Source: Lentisphaeria bacterium
Lineage (GTDB): Bacteria; Verrucomicrobiota; Lentisphaeria; JABSQK01; JAWLHB01
Assembly (NCBI GenBank): GCA_041690595.1
Contig: JAWLHB010000050.1
Coordinates: 1-57,172, forward strand
Length of the DNA: 57,172 nucleotides
Direction of reading: 5' to 3'
Within the stretch, counting starts at the first letter, position 1; each line of letters starts with the position of its first letter. The translations under genes and the position numbers were made by a program. The notes beneath the pieces were generated by a model. It worked only from the letters and a program-made list of their open reading frames with translations, was not told the DNA's origin and did not search any database. Shown in pieces: positions 51,757 to 57,172 of the stretch.

Positions 51757-52425
51757 ATGAACATACCCGAGTCAATGCGCTGGAAGAACCTCTCCCTCCT
51801 TTCCAGGATCGGCCTTTGCCTGATCGGCACCGGCACCGTCGGCGCCCTCGGCGTGGCCGGCCTCAACCTGGCCGTCACCGCTACCACGGCACCCAAGGTC
51901 TTCAACGAGGTCGACGAAGTCCCGACTCGTCCCGTCGCCCTCGTCCTCGGGACCGGCCTCAGTTCTCCCTACCTTCACCATCGTCTGGATGCCGTCCGGC
52001 GCCTCTACGAATCCGGAAAAATCTCCCACATCCTCGTCAGCGGCGACAATCACACCGCCGATTACAACGAACCGGAGGGCATGAAGCGCCAACTTGTCCG
52101 CATGGGCCTCCCCGCCGCGGTCATCACCTGCGACTATGCCGGTCTGCGCACCCTCGACTCCGTGATTCGCGCCAGGGCCATCTTCGGCCAGCAGAGCCTC
52201 ATCATCGTCTCACAGCGCTTCCATCTCTATCGCGCCATCTTCATCGCCCGCCATCATCATATCGACGCCGTCGGCTACGCCGCCGAAACCGAGGAGCCAC
52301 TCCTCGGCGATGTCACCCTGCAACGCGAATGGATGGCGCGCATCCTCGCTGTGATCGACCTCTACCTCCTCGACCGCAAGCCAAGGCACCTCGGCAAGGA
52401 AGAGTTCATCCAACTCGACACCTGA
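51757..52425 (+). CDS. sanA: SanA/YdcF (DUF218)-family protein
   Basis: ALVLGTG, ILVSGDN, YNEP, DYAGLRTLDS, SQRFHLYRA and REWMAR. Confidence 0.85.
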   Translation: MNIPESMRWKNLSLLSRIGLCLIGTGTVGALGVAGLNLAVTATTAPKVFNEVDEVPTRPVALVLGTGLSSPYLHHRLDAVRRLYESGKISHILVSGDNHTADYNEPEGMKRQLVRMGLPAAVITCDYAGLRTLDSVIRARAIFGQQSLIIVSQRFHLYRAIFIARHHHIDAVGYAAETEEPLLGDVTLQREWMARILAVIDLYLLDRKPRHLGKEEFIQLDT

Positions 52426-52473
52426 GGCGAGCCCCGACTGGAGCGATTGCGTAAATCTCCGCGTCCCTCTATC

Positions 52474-52544
52474 ACAAAGAGCAATGAGGGGTCTGGGGAG
52501 GTGCGCCTCCCCAGCGGGGTTCGGGGCAGCGCCCCGCCGATCGT
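52474..52544. repeat. 71-bp double-hairpin dispersed repeat, copy 2
   Basis: Near-identical to 46863-46933; lies between the convergent sanA-like and tgt genes. Confidence 0.9.
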
Positions 52545-52574
52545 GCCCGCCACCCCGCGTCTCCACTCACCCAA

Positions 52575-53696
52575 TCACGGCTGCTCCCGCCGCGGCGGCA
52601 CATACTGGCGGTGAAATTCCCGCCGGTACTCGTCGAAGCTCCCCGCCTCCAGGTGCTGCCGGATCCGGCGCATCATCTCCAGGTAGAAGTGCAGGTTGTG
52701 CAGCGTCACCAGCCGCAGGCCGAGGATCTCGTCCACATTCACCAGGTGCCGCACGTAAGCGCGCGAGAAGTGGCGGCAGGCGTAACAACCGCAACCCTCC
52801 TCGATCGGACCGAAATCATCCTTGAAGCGACCCGCCTTGATCTGCATCATCCCCGTCGCCGTAAAGGCGCTCCCATTGCGTCCAACCCGTGTCGGCAGCA
52901 CGCAATCGAACATGTCCACCCCCCGAGCCACGGCTTCCACGATCTGCGGCGGGGTTCCCACCCCCATCAGGTACCGCGGCTGATCCGTCGGCAGGTAGGG
53001 CTCCGCGTACTCCACCGCCTGGTACATCATCTCCTCCGGCTCGCCCACGCTCACGCCGCCGATCGCATAGCCGTCAAAGCCGATCTGGGTCAGCGCCTGC
53101 GCCGCCTCCCGCCGCAACGGTTCGTAGCCGGAGCCCTGCACGATGCCGAAAACCAGCTGCCCGGGTGCCCGCGGCTGCTCCTTGCAGTCTCCCGCCCATC
53201 GCAACGTCAACGCCAGGGAAGCCGCCGCCTCGTCATAGGTGCACGGGTGCGGCGGGCATTCGTCCAGCACCATCGCGATATCGCTACCCAGATCCCGCTG
53301 AATCCCCATCGCCTCACGCGGCCCCAGAAACATTGGGCTGCCGTCGATGTGCGATTGAAACTCCACCCCGTGCGGCTTCAGCCGCCGCAGCTTTGCCAGC
53401 GAGAAAACCTGGTACCCACCGCTGTCCGTCAGGATCGGACGATCCCAACTGATGAAGCGGTGCAGACCGCCCGCCGCGCGGATGATCTCCATCCCCGGAC
53501 GCAGGTTCAAATGGTACGTGTTGCCCAGGATGATCTCCGCCTGCAACTCGACCAACTCTTGCGGCGAAACAGCCTTCACGCTGCCCCGCGTTCCCACCGG
53601 CATGAAGGCCGGCGTCTGGATCGTGCCATGGGCCGTCACCAGCGCCCCGCGACGCGCCCGCGAGGTACTATCCGTAAGCGAAAGCTCGAAACTCAA
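52575..53696 (-). CDS. tgt: Queuine tRNA-ribosyltransferase
   Basis: TPAFMPVGT, NTYHL, LTDSGGYQVFSL, GIVQG, RYLMGVG, DMFDCVLPTR and the CGCYAC zinc site; probable TTG start at 53696. Confidence 0.95.
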   Translation of the reverse strand: MSFELSLTDSTSRARRGALVTAHGTIQTPAFMPVGTRGSVKAVSPQELVELQAEIILGNTYHLNLRPGMEIIRAAGGLHRFISWDRPILTDSGGYQVFSLAKLRRLKPHGVEFQSHIDGSPMFLGPREAMGIQRDLGSDIAMVLDECPPHPCTYDEAAASLALTLRWAGDCKEQPRAPGQLVFGIVQGSGYEPLRREAAQALTQIGFDGYAIGGVSVGEPEEMMYQAVEYAEPYLPTDQPRYLMGVGTPPQIVEAVARGVDMFDCVLPTRVGRNGSAFTATGMMQIKAGRFKDDFGPIEEGCGCYACRHFSRAYVRHLVNVDEILGLRLVTLHNLHFYLEMMRRIRQHLEAGSFDEYRREFHRQYVPPRREQP

Positions 53697-53853
53697 GATG
53701 TTGCACTTCCTCTGATGTCGACGTACAGTTAGCTGCCAAAGGTCAAACTCTCCACGCAGGGAGGAGCATAGCAGGTTGCCCAAAAGGCCGCCGGCCTGTC
53801 AGCTGCTACAGCATACGTCCTGTCAGCCCGAAATCAACTCACGGAGCGAACGA

Positions 53854-55299
53854 ATGACGCCCCTTGCCGCATGGCTGGCACAGATGGCTGAAGAGTCGGG
53901 CTGGATTTTCCCGATCCTCCTCCTGATCATCCTCGCCGCCCTCGTGGTTGGCGCCAAGCGCCGCCGCGACCTCTACCGCGAGCAGGTCGCTCAGCTCCTC
54001 GATCGCGCCTCCCTCCGGCGCGCCGGCAAACCCCTCCCGCCCCTGCCGGATACCCTCCCCGACGAGCTGCGCCGCCTCGACGACGCCATGGAGCAACTCG
54101 CCATCGACCGCGCCGAAAAGGAAGCCTTCGAGCGCCAGATGATCCGCGGTCAGAAGATGGAGATGCTCGGCGTCATCGCCAACTGCGTCGCCCACGATTT
54201 CAAGAACCTCCTCGGCGCCATCACCACCGCCCTCGACCTCATCGGCCAGGAGGTTGGACAGAAGCGCGATCCCTCGGCCATCGACTGGCCCGTTATCGAA
54301 AGCGCCCTCACCACCCTCAACAGCTGCGCCAATCGCGGTCGCGATACCGTCAACCAGATGCTCACCTTCGCCAAGGCCGACCTCAACGACCGTCGCCTCA
54401 TCGACCTCAACCTCGTCCTCGGCGCCACCCGCCAGATGTGCAACTATTCCATCGACAAACGCATCTCCGTCGACCTCGCGCTCGCCACCCGTCCCGCCCC
54501 CGTCAACGGCAATGCCGCCCAACTCGAGCAGGCCCTCCTCAACCTCTGCCTCAATGCTCAGGACGCCATGCCCACGGGCGGCTCCATCCGCATCGGCCTC
54601 GGCTTTCTGACCGATCCCCCGGCGGAATCCTCCCTCTCCGGACCCTGCTGGCAGATCCGCGTCAGCGATACCGGCCTGGGCATGGATCCCTCCACCGTGT
54701 CGCAGATCTTCAAGCCCTTCTTCACCACCAAGTCACACGGCACCGGCCTCGGCCTCGTCATCGTCAAGAAGATTGTGGAAGCCCACCAGGGTGAACTCAC
54801 CGTCGACAGCGAAAAAGGCCGCGGCACCACCTTCACCATCCGCTTCCCCCAGGGAACCGGGGAACTGATGCAGGATCCCATCGCCATCGAGATGAAGCGC
54901 CAGCCGCGGCAGGCACTCGCCGGCGAACACATCCTCCTTGTCGACGACGAAGAGGCCATCCGCAAGATCAACATCGCCATGCTCGGCCGACTCGGCTACA
55001 GCGTCATCGTCGCCACCTGCGGTCGGGAAGCCATCGACAAGTATCGCCTCCACCAGCAGCACATCTCCCTCGTCATGCTCGACCTCATCCTCCCCGATCT
55101 CAACGGCGACGACGTCTTCGATCAGCTCCTCGCCATCAATCCCCACGTCAAGGTCCTTCTCATGAGCGGTCACACCAACGACCGCCGCATCGGCGACATG
55201 ATCCTCAAAGGCTGCCAGGGCTTCCTCAACAAACCCTACACCCTCGCCGAACTCTCCGCCGCCTTCGAGGACATCCTCGACAATCCATCCTCACCCTGA
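53854..55299 (+). CDS. Hybrid sensor histidine kinase (TM, HisKA, HATPase, receiver)
   Basis: VAHDFKNLL, NLCLNAQDAM, SDTGLGM, PFFTTK..GTGLGL and receiver ILLVDDE; GGAG before ATG 53854. Confidence 0.93.
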   Translation: MTPLAAWLAQMAEESGWIFPILLLIILAALVVGAKRRRDLYREQVAQLLDRASLRRAGKPLPPLPDTLPDELRRLDDAMEQLAIDRAEKEAFERQMIRGQKMEMLGVIANCVAHDFKNLLGAITTALDLIGQEVGQKRDPSAIDWPVIESALTTLNSCANRGRDTVNQMLTFAKADLNDRRLIDLNLVLGATRQMCNYSIDKRISVDLALATRPAPVNGNAAQLEQALLNLCLNAQDAMPTGGSIRIGLGFLTDPPAESSLSGPCWQIRVSDTGLGMDPSTVSQIFKPFFTTKSHGTGLGLVIVKKIVEAHQGELTVDSEKGRGTTFTIRFPQGTGELMQDPIAIEMKRQPRQALAGEHILLVDDEEAIRKINIAMLGRLGYSVIVATCGREAIDKYRLHQQHISLVMLDLILPDLNGDDVFDQLLAINPHVKVLLMSGHTNDRRIGDMILKGCQGFLNKPYTLAELSAAFEDILDNPSSP

Positions 55300-55344
55300 T
55301 CCCCCGAGATCCCAGTACTCGCCCCCCCGACTGGAGCCACTCCA

Positions 55345-55749
55345 AGCGGCGCCGTCCCAATGTGGAAGTCCCCAATGTGAGAGTCCCCTCCCGGCCGCCC
55401 CCAGGTCTTCACAAGTTCACGCTCGTTCCGCCCCTGCGCTGACTCAAAGTGGGAGTCCCCCATCCGGCCATTGCCCGGACATTCTTCTTCATACGTCCAT
55501 TGCCGTCCACGTCGTCCACTTCGTCCACTTCGTCCACTGCGTCCACTTCGTCCACTGCGTCTCCTTTCGCCACTTGCCCCAACGGGGCTACGTCCTCCAG
55601 CCCAGGGTTGGGCCGCCAGAGGCGGGCCTACCCTGGGTATACACCCGCCCACGCATCAACCCCGTTCGGCGTTGCGTCCAAGCCGCCGCCCCCTCCCCGC
55701 CTGAGCTCAAATCCACGGAACCTATTAAATATACCGAGGGGCTCTCCGA
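55345..55749. repeat. Composite direct repeat, copy A (about 400 bp)
   Basis: Long near-identical blocks shared with 56526-56974, including GTGGGAGTCCCCCATCC, the (GTCCACTNC)n 9-mer run and the CCCAGGGT...ACCCTGGG hairpin. Confidence 0.9.
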
Positions 55750-55902
55750 ATGCCGACCCTTCACCCCGCCCGCCCCTTGTCTCACAACTCGCCACTCCAT
55801 TCCATCCCATCGCTCCTCAACTCCACGCAATAGCATGAATGCAGAGAAAGGTCTGCTGCGCCGTCTTCCAGGTGCAGCAACCTGGCGCCGTATCGGCAAC
55901 AC

Positions 55903-56250
55903 CTACTCGGTTTTCGCTCCCAGTTTGGCCAGCTCCGCTTTGGGTACGCCGAACAACCCAACCGTGAGCATCCCGTCGCGAAGACGTGTTGTCGCGCTAC
56001 TATTCAGAACCAGCAGACAGATGATGCCCACGATTGGAATTAACATTGCAATCATGAAAAAGGCAGCTGAGCCCGCCGACTTGTCCAATCCTCTTGCCAA
56101 GCGGTAGACCGCATAAAGCATGAATGGCACGGTGACGATCATCAGGGACCAGATTACATTCCCAAGGATCCCAGCAAGCACCGCCCATATGGCAAGGGTC
56201 TGTGCCGAGGCAAGTTCGCGGAGTTTCTCCGGATCTGAATAGGTGTCCAT
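55903..56250 (-). CDS. Small membrane protein, 115 aa, visibly lower GC than its neighbours
   Basis: MDTYSDPEKLRELA... after an AAGGA RBS, with three or four hydrophobic segments (LIPIVGIICLLVLN). The longer listed ORF reads into repeats. Confidence 0.8.
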   Translation of the reverse strand: MDTYSDPEKLRELASAQTLAIWAVLAGILGNVIWSLMIVTVPFMLYAVYRLARGLDKSAGSAAFFMIAMLIPIVGIICLLVLNSSATTRLRDGMLTVGLFGVPKAELAKLGAKTE

Positions 56251-56432
56251 GCATCGTTCCTTTTTGTGGTTTGCGTCAATACTACCAGCAATGCCGCCAC
56301 CGTCTGGGGTGTCGTCACTTGTTGGACTTTCTCTTAACCTTACTAAGTACCATGCACCATTCCAGTGCATTTTACTCATTTTCGGCAAACAGAGGCGCAG
56401 CGACGTCCATTTCCACCCTCCACGACCAATAA

Positions 56433-56467
56433 ATTCTTCCCATTCTTCCCATTCTTCCCATTCTCCC
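56433..56467. repeat. 9-mer tandem repeat (ATTCTTCCC) x3 plus a partial copy
   Basis: Read directly from the sequence. Confidence 0.85.
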
Positions 56468-56525
56468 AACCCTGCCGCCCCCTGCCCCAACTTTCCACCC
56501 CCCCCCGCCTTGAGCCGCTCTCCCG

Positions 56526-56974
56526 AGCGGCGCCGCCCCAATGTGGGAGTCCCCCATCCGGCCGTTGCCCAGGAAATCTTCTTCATAAGTCCACGCTCGT
56601 TTCGCCCCTGCGCTGACCTCAAAGTGGGAGTCCCCCATCCGGCCATTGCCCGGACATTCTTCTTCATACGTCCATTGCCGTCCACGTCGTTCACTGCGTC
56701 CACGTTGTCCACTGCGTCCATTGCCGTCCACGTCGTCCACTTCGTCCACTGCGTCCACTTCGTCCACTGCGTCTCCTTTCGCCACTTGCCCCAACGGGGC
56801 TACGTCCTCCAGCCCAGGGTTGGGCCGCCAGAGGCGGGCCTACCCTGGGTATACACCCCGCCCACGCATCAACCCCATTCGGGTTGCGTCCACGGCGTCG
56901 CCCCCTTCCCGCGTGAGCTCAATTCCAATGTCGTCAGCCTCCACAGGCCCGACAATTTGGGAGGGGCTCTCCGA
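56526..56974. repeat. Composite direct repeat, copy B (about 450 bp, longer 9-mer run)
   Basis: Same block order as 55345-55749, with an expanded GTCCAC run at about 56669-56772. Confidence 0.9.
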
Positions 56975-57172
56975 GCCGCGACTAGGGCATTGCCATCCCC
57001 CCACGTGAGCTCAATTCCACCGTCGTCAGCCTCCACGGGCCCGACAGTGTATTGCTCATGTGTGTCACCCCCCTGTCAAGTCCTGAAGAAAAGTTGACAC
57101 ATTTACGGTTGGTGTAGCCTGCACAAGGGCGCGCGAACGATGCCCGCTCATAGAATGGGACTTCATCTCGTC

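Noticed and set aside
56243..57097. 284-aa ORF and other ORFs across the terminal repeats
   Set aside because: Low-complexity translations of non-coding repeats with no protein-like motifs.

Overview
A GC-rich bacterial chromosomal segment, probably from the PVC superphylum (Lentisphaerae-like); this is inferred from gene content such as DUF4838-type glycan proteins and giant secreted proteins, not proven. From left to right it holds two giant secreted modular proteins (one is at least 1894 aa, runs off the window and is missing from the ORF track; the other is a 2238-aa S8 subtilase), then an amidohydrolase and tRNA-Thr(CGT). Next come sugar and glycerate metabolism genes with two sigma-54 activators and a PAS hybrid kinase, then putative glycan-processing genes with LacI and AraC regulators, and a small Cys-rich metallothionein-like gene. 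These are followed by lpxC, a tandem double-domain fabZ and lpxA, then hemE-hemH-hemY, tgt, a SanA-like gene and a second hybrid kinase. The most unusual signals are: (1) an 8-unit structured tandem repeat array (46004-46558) with modular hairpins, an AT-rich flank and a promoter pointing through it into hemE; (2) a low-GC membrane-protein gene bracketed by about 400-bp composite direct repeats (55.3-57.0 kb); (3) the fused FabZ-FabZ with an asymmetric active site; (4) a G-to-C strand-skew inversion near 38.5-39.5 kb, suggesting a replication terminus or rearrangement junction. No cas, integrase or transposase gene is visible. All family calls come from motif recognition by eye; no database search was run.
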